Shown one piece after another: positions 56,851 to 64,000 of a stretch of 64,000 nucleotides of DNA. Numbering within the stretch: position 1 is the stretch's first letter; every line of letters starts with the position of its first letter. Under the pieces are notes generated by a model. It saw nothing but the letters and a program-made list of their open reading frames with translations, searched no databases and was not told the origin of the DNA. The DNA lies in IMG/VR virus record IMGVR_UViG_3300044643_000612, positions 1 to 64,000 of that record; one strand, 5' to 3'. The stretch comes from a virus. A program made the position numbers and the translations under genes.

Positions 56851-57300
56851 CTAGTCTTCGTCGCCGGCCCGGTAGTCCCGCTCCCTCTCGGCGGCATACT
56901 CCGCCGCACAATGCGCGGCGCTGGCGGCGCTTTCCGCGTCGGGATAGACCTCCGGCTCCAATGTCCCGCACATGTTCGCCCCCATGGTCCATCCCGCGAG
57001 GAAGCCGCGGCCAGATGGAAGCCGCGCGATAATCGGCTCTAACGTCGTGTCTTGGTAGTCGTCGGCATAGTAGCCAGACACATAGCGGCGCCGGTCCTGT
57101 ATGTGGTCGTTCGCGTCTTCGAGTCGCAGGGCAAGGGAAGAGCCGCGAGGATCCATCGTCAGGGCGTGCGCGCCGCTATAGAAGCCGCGGCCCTTGCCCG
57201 GCGCTGACGGGCGCCACCTGTAGGGTCCAACATAGCGCCGCGCCGTTTTGCGGTCCGCAAGCGGGCGCCCGTAGTCTAGCAAGGTGATTGTGTCGAACAT
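56851..57300 (-). CDS. conserved phage hypothetical protein
   Basis: GYYAD...ARLPSGRGFLAGW; GGAGA RBS. Confidence 0.65.
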   Translation of the reverse strand: MFDTITLLDYGRPLADRKTARRYVGPYRWRPSAPGKGRGFYSGAHALTMDPRGSSLALRLEDANDHIQDRRRYVSGYYADDYQDTTLEPIIARLPSGRGFLAGWTMGANMCGTLEPEVYPDAESAASAAHCAAEYAAERERDYRAGDED

Positions 57301-57404
57301 GCTCTGTCTCCAATGTAGCTAGGCCACGTCGGCCCTACGCCAAAGGGACCGCACGCGCGTGGCGCCGGTCCCGATAGGCGGTCTGCCCGCTATGTGCGGC
57401 GCTG

Positions 57405-57641
57405 CTAGGCGTAGGGCGTGGCAAGAGCCTCTTCTAGCGTCGGGCGCCATGGTGCCGCCTCGTCAACGAATGACCAAGCCTCCGCTTCCTCGCATTCCAT
57501 ATCTAGCCAACACAGTGCGAAGCCTTCGGCGCGACGAATAACGAACGCGCCATCCGCGCATTGCGTCCCCTCAGACGGGACCGCAACCACAGTTGCCTGA
57601 AGCCCATTGGCATACTCTATCTCTTGTCCCGTGCGATACAT
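57405..57641 (-). CDS. hypothetical protein
   Basis: GGAGG RBS; TAATG coupling. Confidence 0.55.
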   Translation of the reverse strand: MYRTGQEIEYANGLQATVVAVPSEGTQCADGAFVIRRAEGFALCWLDMECEEAEAWSFVDEAAPWRPTLEEALATPYA

Positions 57642-57931
57642 TATGCGCGCCCTCCGGTCATTTCCCGCCACGCTTGCCAAGCGCGATTCCAAGTGTCCAT
57701 ATCCGACTCCGCTTGCTCGTCACACTCAGGAAACTCCCTGCCCGTGACGCGCTGATAGGCGTCAAGCATTGTCATGTTCGCATCGCAGAAATCGTGCGAG
57801 GCGCAAGCGCAAGCGTAGTCAGGTCGCAAATTCCGGCGCCGGACCTCGGCATAATTGAAAGCGCCAATGTCGAGGCGCAATTGGACATCAAACGCTTTGG
57901 CCAGGGCTTGTTCTGTTTCGGTGTAGGTCAT
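57641..57931 (-). CDS. conserved phage hypothetical protein
   Basis: CASHDFCDANMTM...WNRAW motif. Confidence 0.7.
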   Translation of the reverse strand: MTYTETEQALAKAFDVQLRLDIGAFNYAEVRRRNLRPDYACACASHDFCDANMTMLDAYQRVTGREFPECDEQAESDMDTWNRAWQAWREMTGGRA

Positions 57932-58131
57932 GGCGTCATGCTCCCGTCTATCTAGGCCACGTCGGCCCTACGCCATAGGCTCATATCCTAGCCGCCGACG
58001 CAAGCGATTAGTTGCGCCGCACCTATGCGGCGGATTGTCGCACCTAGCTAAGGGGAAGCTACTCTTTATAAATGCACGCAAGGCGGGCGCCCGGCGCCGC
58101 ACGTGCGACACTATGCCGCGGCGACTAAGGC

Positions 58132-58160
58132 TTGACGCCATGGGCCGGCTGGCCTAGGAT
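58132..58160 (+). promoter_or_regulatory. sigma70-type rightward promoter
   Basis: TTGACG-17 nt-TAGGAT. Confidence 0.6.
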
Positions 58161-58285
58161 CCTCTGGCGTGTAGGGCCTTTGGCCCGGACCCCTATACCC
58201 CACCTGGGAACAGCGGTCTGGTGCTGGCATGGCCAGAGATAATTTTTGCAACAGCCCACCCTCAAAGGGCTAACAAGGAGACAAC

Positions 58286-58522
58286 ATGATAGATACTACG
58301 TTCATCAGCATGACGCCCGAAGGCATACGCACGGCGCTGGCCGTCATTCCGGACAGCGACCGCCTCACCCTCGTGAAGGGCGAGGGGTTTGACGCCTGGC
58401 GCGCGGACACCACCCCCGTGTCGCTCGTGTTCGGCGAGCCCACCGTGCCGAAGCGCGACGCCGACATGGCAGCCCTCGTCGAGCACATCCGCGCATGGCT
58501 CGACGGCAAGGAGACGCCGTGA
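58286..58522 (+). CDS. hypothetical protein
   Basis: AAGGAG RBS. Confidence 0.65.
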   Translation: MIDTTFISMTPEGIRTALAVIPDSDRLTLVKGEGFDAWRADTTPVSLVFGEPTVPKRDADMAALVEHIRAWLDGKETP

Positions 58523-58995
58523 TGCCTGACGTCCCCGACGACTACTGGCTCCGCCGCGCCGGCGTGCTCACCGAGGAGGACGACGCCGGGTGGATCCCGC
58601 ACGACGGCGGTTCGTGCCCGGTGCCCTCGGGCACGCACGTCGTCCTACGGCGCCAAGACGGCAAGGAGTTAGCAGGACCCGCGGGCCGCTTTGGGTGGCA
58701 GTGGGGCGTGGAGCTTTGCGAGGACTGCGACATCGCCGCCTACCGCGTCCTCGACAGCGAGCAGCCCGCCTCCCCCAAGCCCACCCCGCCCAACGCCCAC
58801 TACCGCCAGGGCGACATCGAGTGCATCGACGCGATCCGCGCAGCCCTGACCGACGAGGAGTGGCGCGGCTATTGCAAGGGCAACGTGCTGAAGTACGTCT
58901 GGCGCGAGAAGCACAAGGGCGGCAACGAGACCCTCGTCAAGGCGCAGGACTACCTGCGCTGGGCGGTGGCGGGCAAGGCGGAGGGCAAGCGATGA
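58519..58995 (+). CDS. DUF3310 domain protein (T7 gp1.7-like)
   Basis: HYRQGDIECIDAI...YCKGNVLKYVWREKHKGG..TLVKA..YL. Confidence 0.82.
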   Translation: MMPDVPDDYWLRRAGVLTEEDDAGWIPHDGGSCPVPSGTHVVLRRQDGKELAGPAGRFGWQWGVELCEDCDIAAYRVLDSEQPASPKPTPPNAHYRQGDIECIDAIRAALTDEEWRGYCKGNVLKYVWREKHKGGNETLVKAQDYLRWAVAGKAEGKR

Positions 58996-59210
58996 AGCTG
59001 TCTGAAATCCTGCTCACGATCGCCTTCTTTCCCGCCGGGGCGGCCTTCATCGCGTGGCTTTTGGTCGAGGCGGCCTTCGCGTGGAGGCTTGTTTGGCCCC
59101 GGCTGTTCACTTGCGGGCGGTTGAACTCCGACGGCTGGATGGCTGTCGCGATGCTCGCGACCCTCGCGCTTGCTGTGCTGGGCGCCACCCTTCGACACTT
59201 TGGGGCCTAA
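58992..59210 (+). CDS. small membrane protein
   Basis: two hydrophobic segments; ATGA overlap. Confidence 0.55.
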   Translation: MKLSEILLTIAFFPAGAAFIAWLLVEAAFAWRLVWPRLFTCGRLNSDGWMAVAMLATLALAVLGATLRHFGA

Positions 59211-59286
59211 CCCATGACCGACCGCAACTGGCCAATGGTGGCCGGTTACGCACCTTTGAGGCCGACAAGTGGCCTGGAGAGACAAC

Positions 59287-59625
59287 ATGACTGAATGGAT
59301 CAAGCACGACGGCGGACCCCAGCCGGTCGCGGATGATGTGTGGGTAGAGTGCGCTCCCTTCACAGGGGGTCAGGCCGAGGCTCTCAAGGCCGGTGTTGAT
59401 CCGAGCCTGTGGAATTACAAGTTTTTCTACCGCATCCTCAACCAGCACCTGATCGACGCCGCCCGCATAGAAGGCATCCGGGATGGGCTAGAGGCTGCAC
59501 ATATGGCCATTGGCAAGGAACTGAACGACAAGACGCCATTGGAAGTGGCCGCTACAATTATGCGGGCGGAGATAACGATTGTGGAACTAGACCCCGAGAC
59601 CATCGCAAAGGAGACTGCACGATGA
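59287..59625 (+). CDS. hypothetical protein
   Basis: GGAGA RBS; WIKHDGGPQPV motif shared with the 58519 gene. Confidence 0.6.
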   Translation: MTEWIKHDGGPQPVADDVWVECAPFTGGQAEALKAGVDPSLWNYKFFYRILNQHLIDAARIEGIRDGLEAAHMAIGKELNDKTPLEVAATIMRAEITIVELDPETIAKETAR

Positions 59626-60089
59626 CTGAACCCGACGAGGCCCTGCTATGGGCGAGGGGGCAAACCGACGCACCCAGCCTACACCTTGTGTTGGGGCAAA
59701 CCGAGACACCCGGCCTACACCTTATTATGGCCCACGGCTACCGCGCCGGGCAGGCCGCATCCGCCGAGAGGATCAAGGCGCTGGAGGAGGCTCTGGCGAA
59801 GGCGAACAAGCCCGAATGGTTCTATGGCGACCATGAGGCGTCTCCCGCCGACTCTGTGGATGAAGTCATTGAGGAAGCCCTTGAATGGGGCCTTCTCGGA
59901 GAGGCGGAACCGGGCCACATAGAAGTGTTTCAGATCAACACGGCCCGCCCCTGCGCAACCGTTTGGGCCGTTGTTCGCATTCTCACAGTGGATGAGCGCG
60001 AGGCCCGCGACGACGGCTTTCTGTTTGACGTGACGGAGTGCGCCACGGAAGCCGAAGCCGAGGCCCTGCTCAAGGAGGCTGACCAGTGA
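59622..60089 (+). CDS. hypothetical protein ending KEADQ
   Basis: AAGGAG RBS; RIKALEEAL segment. Confidence 0.6.
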   Translation: MTEPDEALLWARGQTDAPSLHLVLGQTETPGLHLIMAHGYRAGQAASAERIKALEEALAKANKPEWFYGDHEASPADSVDEVIEEALEWGLLGEAEPGHIEVFQINTARPCATVWAVVRILTVDEREARDDGFLFDVTECATEAEAEALLKEADQ

Positions 60090-60349
60090 GTGATGATATT
60101 TTTGACCGGGCGCTGGATCGACGGAATGCCCTTATTAAAGAGCAACGCCGCAGGATCAAGGCGCTGGAGGAGGCTTTGCGGGGGCTGGCAAGCGCATCCA
60201 CTGAGAGGATCGGGGCGCTGGAGGAGGCGTTGCGGGAAGTGATCGAAGATTACGATTGGGTCCAAGGCGGACCCGGTGATCGAGATTGGAACGTCCTCGA
60301 CAACACCATAATTCGCGCCCGCAATCTGCTCAAGGAGGCTGACCAGTGA
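60086..60349 (+). CDS. coiled-coil hypothetical protein ending KEADQ
   Basis: AAGGAGG plus GTG junction. Confidence 0.6.
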   Translation: MSDDIFDRALDRRNALIKEQRRRIKALEEALRGLASASTERIGALEEALREVIEDYDWVQGGPGDRDWNVLDNTIIRARNLLKEADQ

Positions 60350-60525
60350 AGATTTCTATTCGTCTCTCACAAACAGCACTGCCGATAACGATTAACAATG
60401 TAGTCAACACCAACACCAAGGGGCTATTCTACTGCGTTTATACAGAAGACGGAATCGTTCGGAAGTTTCCAATAATAACAATCTTCGACGTAACTGAGGG
60501 TTACAAGGAGGCTGCCAGTGAGTGA
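60346..60525 (+). CDS. AT-rich small protein (59 aa, MKISIRLSQT...)
   Basis: AAGGAGG plus GTG junction; open frame read manually. Confidence 0.55.
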   Translation: MKISIRLSQTALPITINNVVNTNTKGLFYCVYTEDGIVRKFPIITIFDVTEGYKEAASE

Positions 60526-60664
60526 CGATGAACGCATTGAGGCACTGGAGGAGGAACTGGCTGTCGCGCTTATGCAAGTGAGCCTGTGGGCGCAGGCGCG
60601 GAGATATCAAATCGGCGGAATACCGACTACCGACGCCTTCCGGGCCCCGCGCTCTGCTCAATGA
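60518..60664 (+). CDS. small protein MSDDERIEALEEE..., possibly frameshifted near its end
   Basis: removing one C near 60645 would give the RALLNEADQ* family ending. Confidence 0.45.
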   Translation: MSDDERIEALEEELAVALMQVSLWAQARRYQIGGIPTTDAFRAPRSAQ

Positions 60665-60673
60665 GGCTGACCA

Positions 60674-61024
60674 GTGAACAGCGCGAACTTAAGGATGGCG
60701 GTTATCACTTACAACGCCACGCTTCTTAACCAGTCACAGGACAGTCGCGACCAACCCGCCGCTATGCGCGCCGCGCTTGCCCCGTTTCTTGAGCGCATCA
60801 AGCAACTAGAGGGCGAAAACGCAGAGTTAAAAGATTGGCGACGCAGGGCCGAAAAGATGATGTCCGTCATGAAGGCAAATGCAATCGACAACATCAACTC
60901 TCGGGCGCGGCCCCTGACCGGATTTGTTTCCACCTTGACCGCAGAACAGAAGGAAGCGGCGATGTCGTATGAAGGTGACGACCACCACGGACCCGAGACC
61001 ACCGCCAAGGAGGCTGACCAGTGA
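60674..61024 (+). CDS. hypothetical protein ending KEADQ
   Basis: GAGG plus GTG junction; ERIKQLE segment. Confidence 0.6.
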   Translation: MNSANLRMAVITYNATLLNQSQDSRDQPAAMRAALAPFLERIKQLEGENAELKDWRRRAEKMMSVMKANAIDNINSRARPLTGFVSTLTAEQKEAAMSYEGDDHHGPETTAKEADQ

Positions 61025-61064
61025 GGCTAATGGTTGGGCGCACGACACGAAAGGACCCTTGGTC

Positions 61065-61244
61065 ATGATGATTTCTCAAGAGACCTGCCTGCTGCTCATG
61101 CTCGTTATCGGCATGATATCTACTCTGGGTTTTCAATGGTGGCCTGACTGGACAAAAGTGCAGCGGCGGCTGTCCATCTTGTGGATTGTGTTCTGGCTTG
61201 GCCCGCCTCTGTATTTCGTCTGGACCAAAGGAGTGCTGGGATGA
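61065..61244 (+). CDS. small two-TM membrane protein
   Basis: AAGGA RBS; hydrophobic; its 3' end is also the window start. Confidence 0.55.
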   Translation: MMISQETCLLLMLVIGMISTLGFQWWPDWTKVQRRLSILWIVFWLGPPLYFVWTKGVLG

Positions 61245-61285
61245 CCTATCCGCCCGAACTGCAAGCCTACTACGACGCCCACGAC
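61159..61285 (+). repeat. 127-bp exact direct repeat, copy 2
   Basis: identical to 1-127. Confidence 0.95.
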
Positions 61286-61414
61286 CGAATGATGAATCAG
61301 GAGCGGACCGCAGATCAATTGGCGTGGTGGCCTGTCCAATACGGCTACTACAAGGTCGCCCGATACAACGCTGTCAAGGCTGGCTATCTGCCCGAGACGC
61401 CGGAGTTTGGCTAA
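61241..61414 (+). CDS. small hypothetical protein, allele 2 of 83-256
   Basis: same length; shares YKVARY and LPETPEFG. Confidence 0.65.
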   Translation: MTYPPELQAYYDAHDRMMNQERTADQLAWWPVQYGYYKVARYNAVKAGYLPETPEFG

Positions 61415-61608
61415 TGGTTGGGCGCACGACGTGGACGGAAGAACAGCACGCTAAGGTGGTGGAGCTGTGGGAGGCGGGGCATACCGCTGCCGAGATAGGT
61501 AAAGAGATGGGCAAGACCCGGAACGCCATCCTCGGACACGTTAACCGGAGAGGTATTAGCCGTAACGGAGCCCTCCAGTCGTGGTGGAGGAAGCCGGATG
61601 AAGGTTAA
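61414..61608 (+). CDS. GcrA N-terminal HTH-only protein
   Basis: WTEEQ..KVVELWEAGHTAAEIGKEMGKTRNAILGHVNR. Confidence 0.72.
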   Translation: MVGRTTWTEEQHAKVVELWEAGHTAAEIGKEMGKTRNAILGHVNRRGISRNGALQSWWRKPDEG

Positions 61609-61846
61609 GGAGGTTCACGCCGGGAGACTGTACCGGGTAAAAAAGACTAAACTTAGCGAGTATGATTTCGTAAAGGGCGGCGGACATCTGTGGGTAGCAG
61701 AAGAGTCTGGAAACCTAATGTCGGGGAACGTTTACGTCGCAAAGGCCTACTTGTTTCGTTCTGTGGCTACTGGAGTAGTCATTCGCGCGAACGGAATACT
61801 TTTTGACTCTCTTGGGCTGGAGGAAGCCGATGGCGGCGACACCTGA
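61598..61846 (+). CDS. hypothetical protein
   Basis: GGAGG RBS. Confidence 0.55.
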   Translation: MKVKEVHAGRLYRVKKTKLSEYDFVKGGGHLWVAEESGNLMSGNVYVAKAYLFRSVATGVVIRANGILFDSLGLEEADGGDT

Positions 61847-62138
61847 GAAGAAGGTTAAGGCCCGGGTGGAGGCCATGCTCAAGGCGAAGGGGGTTTACTA
61901 TTTCTTCCCGGCTACGCATGGTTACGGGCGGAGCGGAGTCCCTGACATCATCGCCTGCGACCGGGGACGGTTCCTCGCCATAGAGTGCAAGGCTGCGGGG
62001 GGTAAGCTTACGGCGCTACAGGAGCGGGAGATTACCCGTATTAGAGTAGAAGGCGGCGTGGCACTCGTCATCCACGAAGACAACTTCCACGAGTTAGAGC
62101 AAGCGTTAGAGCAAGCGCTGGAGTATACATGCCTTTAA
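61830..62138 (+). CDS. VRR-NUC nuclease (second copy)
   Basis: TPEKKVK...GRSGVPDIIAC..GRFLAIECKA...LTALQ. Confidence 0.88.
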   Translation: MAATPEKKVKARVEAMLKAKGVYYFFPATHGYGRSGVPDIIACDRGRFLAIECKAAGGKLTALQEREITRIRVEGGVALVIHEDNFHELEQALEQALEYTCL

Positions 62139-64000
62139 TTGTCTGCGATTTCGAAACATATTACGACTCCGACTTCAGCCTGTCTAAGATGACGACGGAG
62201 GAATACATCCGAAGTCCTCGGTTTGAGGTGATCGGCGTAAGTGTAAAGGTGGATAGCGAGCCGCCCCGGTGGTTCTCCGGTACCATGCCTGACATTCAGA
62301 AGTGGCTCCTGCGCTTCCCGTGGGAAACCTCCATCGCCGTGGCGCACAACGCTGCCTTCGACATGGCCATCCTGAACTGGAGTTTTGGCATTATCCCGGC
62401 GAGGATCGCGGACACGCTCTCTATGGCTAGGGCGATAGACGGACCGGATGCAGGCAACAGCCTCGCCAAGCTGGCAGAGCGCCACGGTCTCGGGGCCAAG
62501 GGCAACGAGGTTATCAACGCGCTAGGCAAACGCCGACTGGATTTCTCCACGGCACAGCTGGCGGCTTACGGCGAGTACTGCTGCAACGACGCCGACCTGA
62601 CCTACGACCTGTTCCAGAAGCAAGTGGCGGGCTTCCCGCTAAGCGAGCTCCGGGTGATCGACCTAACCATACGCATGTTCACCGAGCCGGTACTGCGACT
62701 GAGCCAACCGGTGTTGGACGGCCACCTCACTGAGGTGCTGGACCGCAAGGCGAAACTTCTCGATGGGTTAGGCGTCTCCACCGAAGCCCTTATGAGCAAC
62801 GACAAGCTGGCTAAGGTCCTTGCAGACCTAGGTGTGGAGCCCCCGACTAAGACCAGCCCCACCACGGGCAAAGTGGCTTGGGCCTTCGCTAAGAACGACG
62901 AGGGGTTTAAGGCCCTACTGGAACATGAGGACGAGCGCGTCCAAGCCATTGTGGCTGCGCGGCTAGGGATCAAGTCCACGTTGGAGGAGACCCGGACCGA
63001 GCGGTTCATCGACATCTCCAAGCGCGGGACCCTGCCCGTACCCCTACGCTACTACGCAGCTCACACGGGGCGCTGGGGTGGCGACGACAAGATCAACCTC
63101 CAGAACCTGCCGCGCAAATCCCCACTCAAGAAATCCATGCGCGCGCCCAAGGGGTTCCTGTTGGTGGACTGCGACTCCAGCCAGATTGAAGCGCGGACCC
63201 TAGCTTGGCTGGCCGGACAAGACGACCTTGTCCAGTTCTTCGAGAAGAACAACGCCGAGATCGCGGCGGGCGTTGCCAAGGCGGACATGCAGTTCGACCC
63301 CTACAAGATCATGGCCTCCGGCATCTACGGGGTACCTGTGTCGGAGGTGACGGACGACATGCGCTTCGTAGGCAAGACAACTATACTGGGTTGTATTGCC
63401 GAGGGAACCCCGGTACTAACTGATCGCGGCTGGGTAGCGATTGAGGAGGTAACTACCTCTGACCGGCTGTGGGACGGAGAGGAGTGGGTATGCCACCAAG
63501 GGCTAGTGCAGAAAGGCACCAAAGAAACGTTGAGTCTTTGCGGGCTTTGGTTGACGCCGGATCACAAAGTGTTGTGCGGGACCCAGTGGCTGCAAGCGCA
63601 CTCAGTGGTTCAAGACAGAAATACCCTCTCCCAAGCGTTGGATACAGGAGCGGTCAGCTGGTTGTGTCCGGATACGTCAAAGGGCCAAGGAGAGGGGTAC
63701 TATCCATCATCGTGCGGTGCGACTGCGGGTTCCCAGAATACACCGTTGATAGGCACAACTTCAAGGACTTCAAAAGCACCCGATGCCCCCTCTGCGGTAG
63801 ACGGGAAGGACACCGAAAACGTTATTGGAAGTATATATCGGCGCTCCCCGACACTGCGCACCGAGAGCGACTGCTCAACCGACTATCGGCTGCTATCAGC
63901 CGCTGCCACGCACCCAATAACCGGATGTACGCAGACTACGGAGGTAGGGGTATCGCAGTATACAAACAGTGGAGAGCTGACCGCGCCGAGTTCCTACGGT
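62129..64000 (+). CDS. polA: DNA polymerase A (second, intein-containing, truncated by the window end)
   Basis: CDFETYY, AHNAAFD, YCCND, AHTGRWGG...NLQNLPR, CDSSQIEAR, GKTTILG; no stop before the window end. Confidence 0.9.
   Translation, partial: MPLIVCDFETYYDSDFSLSKMTTEEYIRSPRFEVIGVSVKVDSEPPRWFSGTMPDIQKWLLRFPWETSIAVAHNAAFDMAILNWSFGIIPARIADTLSMARAIDGPDAGNSLAKLAERHGLGAKGNEVINALGKRRLDFSTAQLAAYGEYCCNDADLTYDLFQKQVAGFPLSELRVIDLTIRMFTEPVLRLSQPVLDGHLTEVLDRKAKLLDGLGVSTEALMSNDKLAKVLADLGVEPPTKTSPTTGKVAWAFAKNDEGFKALLEHEDERVQAIVAARLGIKSTLEETRTERFIDISKRGTLPVPLRYYAAHTGRWGGDDKINLQNLPRKSPLKKSMRAPKGFLLVDCDSSQIEARTLAWLAGQDDLVQFFEKNNAEIAAGVAKADMQFDPYKIMASGIYGVPVSEVTDDMRFVGKTTILGCIAEGTPVLTDRGWVAIEEVTTSDRLWDGEEWVCHQGLVQKGTKETLSLCGLWLTPDHKVLCGTQWLQAHSVVQDRNTLSQALDTGAVSWLCPDTSKGQGEGYYPSSCGATAGSQNTPLIGTTSRTSKAPDAPSAVDGKDTENVIGSIYRRSPTLRTESDCSTDYRLLSAAATHPITGCTQTTEVGVSQYTNSGELTAPSSYG
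63392..64000 (+). mobile_element. class 1 intein in PolA motif B (partial)
   Basis: GKTTILG|CIAEGTPVLTDRGWVAIEEV...RLWDG...LTPDHKVL. Confidence 0.88.
63586..64000 (+). CDS. HNH-type homing endonuclease overprinted out of frame in the intein (partial)
   Basis: GQLVV...VRCDCG...STRCPLC...SRCHAPNNRMYADYGGRGIAVYKQW...EF; start GTG 63586 or ATG 63490. Confidence 0.75.
   Translation, partial: MAASALSGSRQKYPLPSVGYRSGQLVVSGYVKGPRRGVLSIIVRCDCGFPEYTVDRHNFKDFKSTRCPLCGRREGHRKRYWKYISALPDTAHRERLLNRLSAAISRCHAPNNRMYADYGGRGIAVYKQWRADRAEFLR

Noticed and set aside
60066-61024. CRISPR array or integron attC array
   Set aside because: The intervals are 150-350 bp coding genes, the repeats are not palindromic, and no cas or integrase gene is present.

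Overview
The window is almost entirely a GC-rich tailed phage of podovirus-like architecture. GcrA and GapR homologues point to an alphaproteobacterial host, plausibly Caulobacterales. Bases 1-127 recur exactly at 61159-61285, so the main genome is probably a complete circle of 61,158 bp. The last ~2.7 kb continue into a second, related phage (second VRR-NUC, GcrA-like HTH, second PolA), probably through an assembly-graph join. Gene order: C5 DNA methyltransferase, terminase large subunit, portal, GroES-like protein, scaffold, capsid, head/tail and receptor-binding proteins, lysis genes, a structured non-coding interval, adaptor/nozzle/ejection proteins; then, on the minus strand, SNF2 helicase, GcrA, VRR-NUC, PolA, GapR, SSB, Cas4-like exonuclease, primase-helicase and many small early genes; then terminase small subunit and a cassette-like small-gene array. 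No integrase, tRNA or CRISPR array was seen. Highlights: (1) a family A DNA polymerase split into two genes by a natural split intein (95-aa IntN, 24-aa IntC with its own RBS), with a free-standing GIY-YIG gene filling the gap; (2) a second PolA intein whose frame stays open while an HNH-type endonuclease is overprinted in another frame; (3) a Gln-initiated class 3 intein in the terminase P-loop; (4) an out-of-frame second polypeptide inside the methyltransferase; (5) a candidate small-RNA locus; (6) small genes joined by a repeated RBS-stop-start junction. All assignments come from reading motifs by eye; no searches were run.
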